Source: an uncultured Spirochaetales bacterium
Lineage (GTDB): Bacteria; UBP6; UBA1177; JAKLFG01
DNA length: 64,000 nt
Direction: 5' to 3'
Assembly: GCA_964415795.1 (NCBI GenBank)
Contig: CAYQBN010000004.1
Location: 35,144-99,143, forward strand
The notes below the pieces were generated by a model. It searched no databases, was not told the DNA's origin, and was given only the letters and a program-made list of their open reading frames with translations. The position numbers and the translations under genes were made by a program. This document shows, one piece after another, positions 33,669 through 42,714 of this stretch. Each line of letters begins with the position of its first letter. Within the stretch, counting starts at the first letter, position 1.

Positions 33669-34594
33669 ACCGAGTCATCGAACGGTTCCGCCGCCTTGCC
33701 GAAAAACTGCTCTCCTACATCGACGCACGCCGCCCGCTCCGCATCCTCTGGCGAACGGGGAACGACTTCATCGACGACGGGTGCCTCGACAACGCCGCCG
33801 CGCTCGCCTTTTACGCCCTCCTCTCCTTCATACCATTTCTCATCATCGTTGGCGCCATCATCGGTATCGTCATAGACCGGTTCGCAGGAACCGCTCAACC
33901 GTCCGACCTTCTCGAATCGGTCAAAGAGTACCTGAAGGCCATCATCCCTTACCTGCAGGACGACCTTTTACGCGGTTTCCTCTCGCTATCGCGTCACACG
34001 GCAAGTCTCTCCACCATCGGTCTCGTCTCTCTCGCGATATCGGCCTCTCTTCTCTTTTCAACCCTGAGCACCACCATCGCCCGGATCTTCGGAACGAAGT
34101 CGGTGAATTTCGTGCTTACGCGCCTCATCGGTGTCGTGATCATCGTGGCTGTCACCATCGTCCTTTTCTTTCTCCACTACTTCGCGGCGCTTGCTTTTTC
34201 TCTCATCGCTATCGTGCAAGACCGCTTTCCTTACTTCCAAGAAGCGCTTTCCCTCCTTACCGGCAACGGTCTTCTCTGGAGTATGCTGCTCATCACCCTT
34301 TTCATCATCGGCCTCTTCATTCTCCTTCTCCGCCTCTTTGCTGTCGGCATACGGATATCGTTCCTGCCCATTCTATTGGGGGCACTAACCTTTTCAGGCC
34401 TCTGGAACGGTGCGAAATATCTTTTCAATATCTATATCACGAAGCTCTCTTCATACAGCATCATCTACGGGTCGGCGACATGGTTCGCCGCGGCGATTCT
34501 CTGGGTGTACTACAGCATGACGCTTCTGCTTCTCGCCATGGAGCTCATCAAAGTGATGCACCGAGAAATAATCAGTAGTGGAGGAGATCGATGA
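33665..34594 (+). CDS. YihY/BrkB-family membrane protein (ribonuclease BN-like superfamily)
   Basis: Six predicted TM segments. N-terminal AALAFYALLSFIPFLII motif of the YihY family. Confidence 0.7.
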   Translation: MNRVIERFRRLAEKLLSYIDARRPLRILWRTGNDFIDDGCLDNAAALAFYALLSFIPFLIIVGAIIGIVIDRFAGTAQPSDLLESVKEYLKAIIPYLQDDLLRGFLSLSRHTASLSTIGLVSLAISASLLFSTLSTTIARIFGTKSVNFVLTRLIGVVIIVAVTIVLFFLHYFAALAFSLIAIVQDRFPYFQEALSLLTGNGLLWSMLLITLFIIGLFILLLRLFAVGIRISFLPILLGALTFSGLWNGAKYLFNIYITKLSSYSIIYGSATWFAAAILWVYYSMTLLLLAMELIKVMHREIISSGGDR

Positions 34595-36393
34595 GAACAG
34601 CGATGATCCTTGCCACGATCTTCCTGTTGTCGGTATCAGTGCAGGCCTTCTACGACCAACCAGCCTTCACCTACGAGGGGGCGTACGACTACTTCATCCT
34701 CTCCAAGTCGCTCCTCGCCGACAACCAAAGCCAGCCGTATGAAAAAGAGGGACGCGTACCTCAAGGAGATACCTCTCTCGGCGTCTCTGGAACCACCGCG
34801 ACGCTCGGCGCCGACGATGTGCCACCCGACGCCTTGGTTGAGCGGGCGATCCTTGTCTGGGTCGTCTCGAAAGACAGCTCTGACAAGAACGCCGTCGGCG
34901 ACCAAATGGTGACCCTCGTGACCCCCGATGGCGAAGAACACCTCGTCACGGCACCTCTCGCCGGAAACAGTGCGACGCCCCCCTCACTCGAATTCGAGGC
35001 CTACGCGAGCGGCAGCTACTACTACTACCTCTATCGCACCGATGTCACCGACATCCTGAAAACCTATCAGGCCGACAGTCCCGATCCTTCCGTTTCCCAA
35101 TCGCTTACCGGCAACTATACGGTCAAAGGAGTCGACGACATCTACGATTGCCTTGCGAACGAGGGCCATGTCTACTGCTCGTCCGCATCGATGGTGGGAG
35201 GCTGGCAACTTATTCTCGTCTACTCTTCAAAACAGATAGCGCGCAAAAGGATCTACTTCTATCACGGCATGGAGTGGAGTTCGAGCACGATGACCAACCC
35301 GCTCACCATCCACATCACCGGCTTCGAACTGCCCGAAGAGGCGGTAGTGAAACTGTCGGTGGTCACGAGCGACGGCGATGATGTCGAGACCGCCAAGGAG
35401 TTCCTCCGAATCAAAGGGAACGCGACGACCAACACCTACCTCGTGCTCGCCGATCCCTGCAACCCGCCCGATTTTCCCTTCAACAACAAGTTCCTCAACT
35501 ACAACTACAAGAAAGAGCCTTCTCCCGACTGCCTCATCGAACTTTCGTACGATGTCGACACCTTTCTGCTCCAATACGATCCGAACGACACACAGGGACT
35601 CATCAACGAGCACATCAAGGTCGGTACCACCGCCTTCGATTTCCAGATCGGCACTGGGTCCGACATCGTCCTCACCAACTACGTGATGATGTCGGTGGAT
35701 ACCAAACTGCCGGCATTCGACATACCCGGCATGGATGAGAAGTTCCTTCGCACCAATTCTCTCTCCCCCATTCACCTATGTCATGACCGCGACAGCGCCT
35801 ACGAGATATGGGTAGAGAACCACGGGCAGGAAACGGCACAGATGGTCATGGTACGTGATCCACTTCCCGAAGGACTCAAATATGTCGCCGGAACGACGCA
35901 GATAGATCGCACCGGAACCGGGAATTGCTTCGAGCCGGTCGCCGACATAAATGGAGAATCGCCCCTGTTCAGCGGCATGCTCGTCGCCGAATCGCTCGGC
36001 ATCTGCCACGATGCGAGCGACTGCCCGCGGGTGATTCTCCGATTCAAGGTGCGTCCGCTCGACGGGCTTCCCAAGAACGCGCTCTTCCAAAACACTGCCC
36101 TTATCTGGGACGCCGTGCTGGGCGAAGGAGCGGCCTACCGTTCCAATCAAGGGCTTGCGCTGCGGAGTTTCCTCGACCAGTCGTGCCCCGACACCATCAC
36201 CGACCCCTATCCCACCGGCACCACCTGCGGGGAGGTCCCGGACACCGATAGCGTCACCGACGAGGACTCAAGCATTCCTGATACAGAGAATGTCGAGAAC
36301 GAATGGGAAAACGCCGATCCCTCGGGATCGCTTGACGACGATATCATTTGGGAAGACGAAGAGAGCGGCTGCGCCTGCGCGCTCATCCCCTGA
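34591..36393 (+). CDS. secreted protein with a DUF11-type (conserved-repeat) Ig-like domain and an acidic C-terminal tail ending ...ESGCACALIP
   Basis: Signal peptide MRTAMILATIFLLSVSVQA. DUF11-like AYEIWVENHGQETAQMVMVRDPLPEGLKYVAGTT. D/E-rich C-terminal tail of about 45 residues. GGAGGAG RBS. Confidence 0.55.
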   Translation: MRTAMILATIFLLSVSVQAFYDQPAFTYEGAYDYFILSKSLLADNQSQPYEKEGRVPQGDTSLGVSGTTATLGADDVPPDALVERAILVWVVSKDSSDKNAVGDQMVTLVTPDGEEHLVTAPLAGNSATPPSLEFEAYASGSYYYYLYRTDVTDILKTYQADSPDPSVSQSLTGNYTVKGVDDIYDCLANEGHVYCSSASMVGGWQLILVYSSKQIARKRIYFYHGMEWSSSTMTNPLTIHITGFELPEEAVVKLSVVTSDGDDVETAKEFLRIKGNATTNTYLVLADPCNPPDFPFNNKFLNYNYKKEPSPDCLIELSYDVDTFLLQYDPNDTQGLINEHIKVGTTAFDFQIGTGSDIVLTNYVMMSVDTKLPAFDIPGMDEKFLRTNSLSPIHLCHDRDSAYEIWVENHGQETAQMVMVRDPLPEGLKYVAGTTQIDRTGTGNCFEPVADINGESPLFSGMLVAESLGICHDASDCPRVILRFKVRPLDGLPKNALFQNTALIWDAVLGEGAAYRSNQGLALRSFLDQSCPDTITDPYPTGTTCGEVPDTDSVTDEDSSIPDTENVENEWENADPSGSLDDDIIWEDEESGCACALIP

Positions 36394-36399
36394 CGCGGC

Positions 36400-38517
36400 T
36401 TAGGAGGAAAAGTCCTCCCAGCGCGTCTGCTTCTGTTTGAGCATCTTGCGAAGTTTCATCACCGCCTTTGCTTCTATCTGGCGGATACGCTCGCGGGTGA
36501 CCCCCATATCCTTCCCGATCTCCTCGAGCGTGTAGGTCTCCGGCTCACCAATGCCGAACCGCATACGGATGACCTTCTCCTCGCGCGGCGTGAGTCCCGA
36601 AAAGAGATCTCGGATGATCTCGGCCATGTTCTGCCGCGCAGCATACTCTTCTGGCCCCATCGTTTTGGGGTCCTCGACGAAATCCTGCAGCTGGCTGTCC
36701 TCGTCCTCACCAATAGGGGTCTCCAGCGAGATCGTCTCGCGGGCCGATCGCCACACCTTGCGGATCTTGTCTTCGGGGATGTTCATCGCCTTCGCGACAT
36801 CGGCGATGCTCGGCTCGTATCCATTCTTGTTGGTGAGTTCCTTGATGGTCTTGTTTATCTTGTTCATCATCTCGATCATGTGGACCGGGATACGTATCGT
36901 CCGGCCCTGATCGGCGATGGCACGGGTAATGGACTGACGGATCCACCACGTTGCATAAGTCGAGAACTTGTAGCCGCGGCTATACTCGAACTTGTCGACC
37001 GCCTTGATGAGGCCGATATTCCCCTCGGCGATGATGTCCTTGAAGTCGAGGCCGCGATTGTTGTACTTCTTCGCGATGGAAACGACGAGACGAAGATTCG
37101 CTTGGATAAGTTTGTTCTTTGCGGAGCGAACCGTCTCCTCGGCGCACTTGAGCCGCTCTACCGCCGCCCGAAGATCCTCACGCGAAAGACCAGTTTCCGC
37201 TTCAAGCTTCTTGATGCTTCGTCGGGTTTGCGCTATGAGCGTGTACTTTTCCTGGACCTCGCTCATTCTCCGACGATCCAGCAACGGGAACTTGCGCGGG
37301 TTCGACAAAACGGCGTTCATCTCACCGAAACTCATCCCGAAAGATCGTTCGATCTGATCTATGTTCTGCTCCAGCCGATCGACCTTCTCCTGATAGCCCC
37401 TGAGACGCTCCCCGAGCGTGTAGAGGTAATTCTTGTTGAGGCGCATGTCCATGATAACCCCAACCATTCGTTCGAGTATCTCGGCGGCCTCTTTCTGCTT
37501 CGGCTCGGGATTACGGACGGTCGCAGCCTGCTTGAGCAGCCGCTCCCGCTCGCGGCTCAGTTGCTTAAGTTTATCTATGTGGCGAGACAATCCTTCGACA
37601 GCGAGGCGCACCTTCTCGACGGCAGGATCCACTCCCGGTTCTTCCGACCTCCGTTCCGCCGACATGTCGGCAACGACCGCGGCGCCCTCTTTCCCCGTCT
37701 CCTCGCGATCGACCGTCACTTCGTCATCTTCATCGGCATCGTCTTCGCCCTCGTCTTCTTCGTCGTCCTCCCCTTCGTCCGCCCTCTCCATATCCGCAAG
37801 GATCTCGTCTTCCTCGCTTTCCTTTTCGGATTCCTCCTCGACCTCTTCTTCGGACTCGTCACCTTCTTCTTCGCCGAGGTCCTCATCACTTTCCCGTATG
37901 ACCTCTTTGAGCGTCACCTGCTCGTTCATGAGCTTCTCGGGGATTGCAACGATCTCTTTGAAAGTAATGAACACCGACAACAGAGTGCGAATGATCTCTT
38001 TCTCGCCCTCTTCGATGCGCTGTGCGATGGCGACCTCGCCTTCCTTCGTGAGCAGTGGTACCGATCCGATGGTCAGCATGTACATACGGAGAGGATCCTT
38101 GCGTCCCCGTTCGGCCGGCACTACCGGCTTCTTAACGACCGGCAGATCGGTGAGAATCGTTTCTTCATCGCTCTTCTCAGTGACGACCGGGATCTTGAAC
38201 TCGTCGAGGACATTGAAAAGAAGGTCCATGTCGTCAACCGAGAAATCCACATTGTCGGGGAAAAGCGCATCTATCTCTTCATAGGTGATATCGCCGCTGC
38301 TTTTGATGATGGCGTCAATGACATCAACCAATTGGGGATTGCTGAGATCGTCCCCGCCGACCCTTTTGATCGCTTCGATGATCCTCCTGCGATCTACTGC
38401 CTCCCCTTTGTTCTCCCGGGGAGTCTCCGGGCGCCCATCGAGGCGCATACGCATCTTTTTCCGTCGTTTCAGAAAATCTCGGTCCCGTCTTGTCGGCATT
38501 CTTCTCCTCACGGTCAT
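36400..38517 (-). CDS. rpoD: RNA polymerase sigma-70 factor RpoD with a long poly-acidic non-conserved region
   Basis: Regions 2-4 are conserved ([35 protein letters not shown]...). About 130 aa of E/D-rich low-complexity sequence between regions 1.2 and 2. ATGA coupling with dnaG. Confidence 0.85.
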   Translation of the reverse strand: MTVRRRMPTRRDRDFLKRRKKMRMRLDGRPETPRENKGEAVDRRRIIEAIKRVGGDDLSNPQLVDVIDAIIKSSGDITYEEIDALFPDNVDFSVDDMDLLFNVLDEFKIPVVTEKSDEETILTDLPVVKKPVVPAERGRKDPLRMYMLTIGSVPLLTKEGEVAIAQRIEEGEKEIIRTLLSVFITFKEIVAIPEKLMNEQVTLKEVIRESDEDLGEEEGDESEEEVEEESEKESEEDEILADMERADEGEDDEEDEGEDDADEDDEVTVDREETGKEGAAVVADMSAERRSEEPGVDPAVEKVRLAVEGLSRHIDKLKQLSRERERLLKQAATVRNPEPKQKEAAEILERMVGVIMDMRLNKNYLYTLGERLRGYQEKVDRLEQNIDQIERSFGMSFGEMNAVLSNPRKFPLLDRRRMSEVQEKYTLIAQTRRSIKKLEAETGLSREDLRAAVERLKCAEETVRSAKNKLIQANLRLVVSIAKKYNNRGLDFKDIIAEGNIGLIKAVDKFEYSRGYKFSTYATWWIRQSITRAIADQGRTIRIPVHMIEMMNKINKTIKELTNKNGYEPSIADVAKAMNIPEDKIRKVWRSARETISLETPIGEDEDSQLQDFVEDPKTMGPEEYAARQNMAEIIRDLFSGLTPREEKVIRMRFGIGEPETYTLEEIGKDMGVTRERIRQIEAKAVMKLRKMLKQKQTRWEDFSS

Positions 38518-40313
38518 TTGCCTGTGGTGTTCTCGATAAGCGTTTCCCGCAATCTCTTTTTCTCCTGTTTGAGCCGCTGTATTTCGGCGATCGCCTCGGG
38601 CGACCCATCGGAGGAGAGATCGCTCACCGTCCGGTCGATGTCCGCTATCCTCATATTCAAAAGAAGCAGGTGGAAGCGACGCCGAGCGGCAGTATCGTCC
38701 ATCCGCGCGAACGCCGCGGCCTCCTCACCGTCCGACGACAGACGCTCTATCACCGCCCGCAACGCTTCGGCATCGTCGGCGTCGTGCGCCGCAAGGAGCG
38801 CGGCACGCAACTGCGATTTGTCATACTTCCCCAGAAAGGCGCATTCGCGGCTGTCAAGAGCCGGAATAAGGACCGGATGCGTCGCAACGACGAGGAGCAA
38901 CTCACGATAACCCGCCGCGGGATCGTCTTCTGGTCCCTTCCGATCCGGCGCCGCATCCTCCGACCGTCCCCCACGCGCGAGCCCGCCTTGTTCCTTCCGC
39001 ATAAGGTCCTGCAGGTGGCGCACCAGCTGCTTTGCCTCCCCCGCCTTAACAGAGGAATGCGTGGACGCGACCTTTTCGACGAAACCAAGATACTCTTCGC
39101 GCCTATAGGGGAGCACCGATCGTAAAAGGCGCGCCATCTCGATCTTCGCCGCCTCCCGTTCAGGGATGGGATCCGCCGAGAACACCCGGGCGGTCAAGTC
39201 GGCGAGATAATGTTGGAGGATGTCTCTCCGTGCCCCGGAGAGGATCTCTTCGATCCGTCGCCGCCCATCGGGACGCCGAACAAGGGAATCAGGGTCTTCC
39301 TTTTCATCGCCGCTCTCGATAAAGGCGGCGCGGAGATCCATCTTCTCCGGTCTCTTGAGTTCCAATACGCGACGCATCGCGGCACGCCCTGCCGCATCGC
39401 CGTCGAGAAGCATCACGACCGGCACACCAAAGCGCTCAAGTAAGGCGAGATGCTCCTCGGTAACCGCCGTACCAAGCGCCGCGACCGCGGTGGAAAACCC
39501 ATGGACATGCAACGAGATGACATCGAAGTACCCCTCGGTGACGATGATGTAGCGATGCTCTTTGAGTCCCTCGCGGACGAGGTTGATGCCGAACAGGCTG
39601 GATCGCTTGGAGAACACCGGAGTCTCCGGCGTATTGAGGTATTTCGGTTCACCATCGCCAAGGATACGCCCGCCGAAGCCGATAACTTGCCGTCGCTGAT
39701 TGACGACCGGTATCATGATGCGATTATAGAAAAAAGAGCGTATTCGACCGCTAGCATCGATGCGTGCAAGTCCTCCCCGTTCCATTGTCTCCCCGGAGAC
39801 GCCGTTTGACCTCAGGAAAGAAACCAGTTCGTCACCGTCACCGACCCAGCCAAGGCCGAATCGCTTAACCGCATCCGATGTGACACCACGGCTCTCGAGA
39901 TAGGATGACACCTGCGGCGCTGTGGCGAGTTTGCGGTGAAAAAAAAGAGCCGCGAGTCGGTTCGCCGCTATGATGAGGCGCCGTTCCTCCTCCGCGCGGC
40001 CCGCAGCCGGTGTCGTCGTCTCCTCCAACAGTTCGCGAACGCCGAACTCGGATCCGATCTTACGAACCGCCTCGCGGAACGAAAGCGATTCGATCATCAT
40101 CAGGAATGTGATCGCGTTGCCATGTGCACCACACCCGAAGCAGTGGTAGAACTGCCGTTCCTCGTTCACCGAGAAAGAGGGGGTTTTCTCTTTATGAAAC
40201 GGGCAGAGCCCCACATACCGTCGTCCAGTTTGCTGGAGTTTCACATGGCGACGCACTACATCGACGATATTGACGCGCTCCTCTACGATACGGTTTGCGT
40301 CCACGAGTGCCAC
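38514..40313 (-). CDS. dnaG: DNA primase DnaG
   Basis: Zinc ribbon [40 protein letters not shown] (EGYFDVIS...DGDAAG). GTG start inferred at 40313. Confidence 0.85.
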   Translation of the reverse strand: MALVDANRIVEERVNIVDVVRRHVKLQQTGRRYVGLCPFHKEKTPSFSVNEERQFYHCFGCGAHGNAITFLMMIESLSFREAVRKIGSEFGVRELLEETTTPAAGRAEEERRLIIAANRLAALFFHRKLATAPQVSSYLESRGVTSDAVKRFGLGWVGDGDELVSFLRSNGVSGETMERGGLARIDASGRIRSFFYNRIMIPVVNQRRQVIGFGGRILGDGEPKYLNTPETPVFSKRSSLFGINLVREGLKEHRYIIVTEGYFDVISLHVHGFSTAVAALGTAVTEEHLALLERFGVPVVMLLDGDAAGRAAMRRVLELKRPEKMDLRAAFIESGDEKEDPDSLVRRPDGRRRIEEILSGARRDILQHYLADLTARVFSADPIPEREAAKIEMARLLRSVLPYRREEYLGFVEKVASTHSSVKAGEAKQLVRHLQDLMRKEQGGLARGGRSEDAAPDRKGPEDDPAAGYRELLLVVATHPVLIPALDSRECAFLGKYDKSQLRAALLAAHDADDAEALRAVIERLSSDGEEAAAFARMDDTAARRRFHLLLLNMRIADIDRTVSDLSSDGSPEAIAEIQRLKQEKKRLRETLIENTTGK

Positions 40314-40519
40314 AGAAGATCGCCGCTCAAAAAATTCTGTGGCATTATAGTGTAGGGCACCTAAAAGTCAAAAATTGCATATCATCGGTCGTTTTTAGCA
40401 TTTTGTTAGAGATTCGAGACTGTTGGGAATTCGTCTTGACTTTTGACGGGAAAGGGAGGCCAAGAATATGGAGGAGAGAGAGGTACGGAGTTTTATCACC
40501 TTTCATCAACGGAGGTACC

Positions 40520-40981
40520 ATGAGCCACACGACCGACCTGCTCAAAAAGATCGAGCCCGATCGAAGTAACCTCATCAAGGCATTACAGACGGTGCAAGAA
40601 GATGTCGGCTATGTGTCCGACGAAGCCATCGAGGCCATAGCTCGCCACTTCTCCGTCGCACCGGTCGAGGTCGAGGGTATCGTTAGTTTCTACGCCCAAT
40701 TCAAGCGGGTAAAACCGGGGAAGTACCGCATCTCGGTCTGCGACGGTACCGCTTGTCACATCAAAGGGGCAACGCTCGTCTCGGGATGGATCACCGAAGA
40801 ACTCGGCATCAAAGGAGGCGAGACCGACAAGGAGGGGCTCTTCTCACTCGAGGTGGTGGCCTGCCTCGGCTGCTGCAGCCTCGCGCCCGTCATCTCGATC
40901 AACGGGAAAGTGTACGGCAACCTTGAACGCAAGACAGTACTGAAAATCCTCAAAGACTACCGAAAGGGAGGTGCCGCATGA
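40520..40981 (+). CDS. NuoE/HydC-like thioredoxin-fold [2Fe-2S] subunit
   Basis: CDGTACHIKG...ACLGCCSLAP cluster motif. Internal Met with GGAGGT RBS. The ORF-track 5' extension through the intergenic region is rejected. Confidence 0.75.
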   Translation: MSHTTDLLKKIEPDRSNLIKALQTVQEDVGYVSDEAIEAIARHFSVAPVEVEGIVSFYAQFKRVKPGKYRISVCDGTACHIKGATLVSGWITEELGIKGGETDKEGLFSLEVVACLGCCSLAPVISINGKVYGNLERKTVLKILKDYRKGGAA

Positions 40982-42714
40982 CCATTCGTCGCATCAACAT
41001 CGGTGTCAGTTCGTGCGGTATCGCCGCCGGCGCAAGTGAAACGGCCGCGTTCCTCAAGAAGGAGATAACCGACATTCCCATCGTCGAAGTGGGCTGCATC
41101 GGTCACTGCTACGCCGAGCCGCTCGTCGAGGTGGTGACCGACAAGGGGTCGGTGTTCTATGAAAAGGTCCTCCCCAAGAAAGAACACCTCGACCGCATCC
41201 TCGGCCTGAAGGATGAAGGACGCCTTACCATGCGATCTCAGCGCACCGAGCGGGAGAAAATAAAAGTGCTCGCGCTCGCGGGGCGCATCGCAATGACCTC
41301 GATCGACGAGTACATTTCACACGATGGCTACCAAGGCCTGAAAAAGGCGCTCGCCATGAAACCGGCCGACATCGTGGAGGAAGTCAAAAAATCGGGACTT
41401 CGTGGCCGCGGCGGCGGCGGATTCCCGACGGGAACGAAATGGGGGTTCCTCGCGGCGAAACAGGCACCGGAGAAGGTGCTCATCTGCAACGCGGATGAGG
41501 GTGACCCGGGGGCGTTCATGGACCGTTCCCTCATGGAATCGGTACCCCATCAGGTCCTCGAAGGCATGCTCATCGGCGCATGGGCGACCGGCGCAACGAA
41601 ACTCTTCATCTACTGCCGCGCCGAGTACCCACTTGCAATTAAAAACCTTAAGATCGCCATCTCCCAAATCTACGAACGGAAGCTCAATGACCTCAATGGT
41701 CGCATTGTCGAATTCAAACTGAAGGAAGGAGCCGGTGCCTTCGTGTGCGGCGAAGAAACGGCGATGATCCATTCGCTCGAAGGAAAACGCGGCACGCCGC
41801 GGTTCCGTCCCCCCTACCCGACCGACAGCGGCTACCACGGATATCCCACCGCGATAAACAATGTCGAGACCTTCGGCAACATTCCCCTTATCCTGCGCGA
41901 AGGAGGCGAGGAGTTCGCGAAACTCGGTACCGCCGGATCGAAAGGCACCAAACTGTTCGCTCTCGCCGGCGATGTCAAGTATCCGGGACTCGCCGAGGTC
42001 CCAATGGGGGTCACCATCGGCGACATCGTCTACGAGATCGGTGGCGCCGACCGCGACGCGGTCAAGGCGGTTCAGATCGGCGGCCCGTCAGGTGGCTGTA
42101 TCCCCGCCGAAAAGTTCGACGCTGTCGTCGACTATGACTCGCTCAAAAGCCTCGGCGCCATCATGGGCTCCGGCGGTCTCATCGTCATCGGCAAGAACCG
42201 CTGTATGGTGGAGACGGCGCGCTACTTCCTCGAGTTCACGACGCGCGAATCATGCGGCAAGTGCACCTTCTGCCGCATCGGCACCAAACGAATGCTCGAA
42301 CGGCTCGAGAAGATAACGCAGGGAAAAGGCACCGACGAAGATGTCGCGTTCCTCGCCGATCTCGGTCCCAAGGTCATCAGGGGATCGCTCTGCGGCCTCG
42401 GCCAAACGGCGCCGAATCCGGTCATCTCGACGCTCCGCTACTTCCGGCACGAATACGACGCTCACACCAAGGAAAGCATATGTCCGGCGCTCCAGTGCAA
42501 CGCCCTTTCCGATGTCTCCATCGATCTCGAGAAATGCGTGAAGTGCGGACTGTGCGTCAAAACCTGCCCAGTCAAGGCGATAAGCAAGGATTTCGTCGTA
42601 GACAACGCCATCTGCACTCGATGCAACTCCTGCATCGAGGTATGTCCCAAGAAAGCGATCAGCCGGGTGAAGAAAGGAACGGGGTTCTACGGCACGAAAG
42701 GAGGCGCACAATGA
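40978..42714 (+). CDS. NuoF/HydB-like NAD(H)- and FMN-binding subunit with N-terminal thioredoxin-like domain and C-terminal 2x[4Fe-4S]
   Basis: FMN site GLRGRGGGGFPTGTKWGF. SLBB/4Fe-4S CGKCTFCRIG. C-terminal ferredoxin motifs CVKCGLCVKTCP and CTRCNSCIEVCP. Confidence 0.8.
   Translation: MTIRRINIGVSSCGIAAGASETAAFLKKEITDIPIVEVGCIGHCYAEPLVEVVTDKGSVFYEKVLPKKEHLDRILGLKDEGRLTMRSQRTEREKIKVLALAGRIAMTSIDEYISHDGYQGLKKALAMKPADIVEEVKKSGLRGRGGGGFPTGTKWGFLAAKQAPEKVLICNADEGDPGAFMDRSLMESVPHQVLEGMLIGAWATGATKLFIYCRAEYPLAIKNLKIAISQIYERKLNDLNGRIVEFKLKEGAGAFVCGEETAMIHSLEGKRGTPRFRPPYPTDSGYHGYPTAINNVETFGNIPLILREGGEEFAKLGTAGSKGTKLFALAGDVKYPGLAEVPMGVTIGDIVYEIGGADRDAVKAVQIGGPSGGCIPAEKFDAVVDYDSLKSLGAIMGSGGLIVIGKNRCMVETARYFLEFTTRESCGKCTFCRIGTKRMLERLEKITQGKGTDEDVAFLADLGPKVIRGSLCGLGQTAPNPVISTLRYFRHEYDAHTKESICPALQCNALSDVSIDLEKCVKCGLCVKTCPVKAISKDFVVDNAICTRCNSCIEVCPKKAISRVKKGTGFYGTKGGAQ

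Noticed and set aside
42252-42710. 5' extension of the third oxidoreductase subunit ORF (ORF track starts at 42252); similar 5' extensions of the ansA, nuoE-like, der, dut, trmL and tolC-like ORFs.
   Set aside because: The extensions overlap the preceding gene in another frame, or run through AT-rich intergenic DNA. Several begin on TTG or GTG. Internal Met codons with proper RBSs and conserved N-terminal motifs are better starts.
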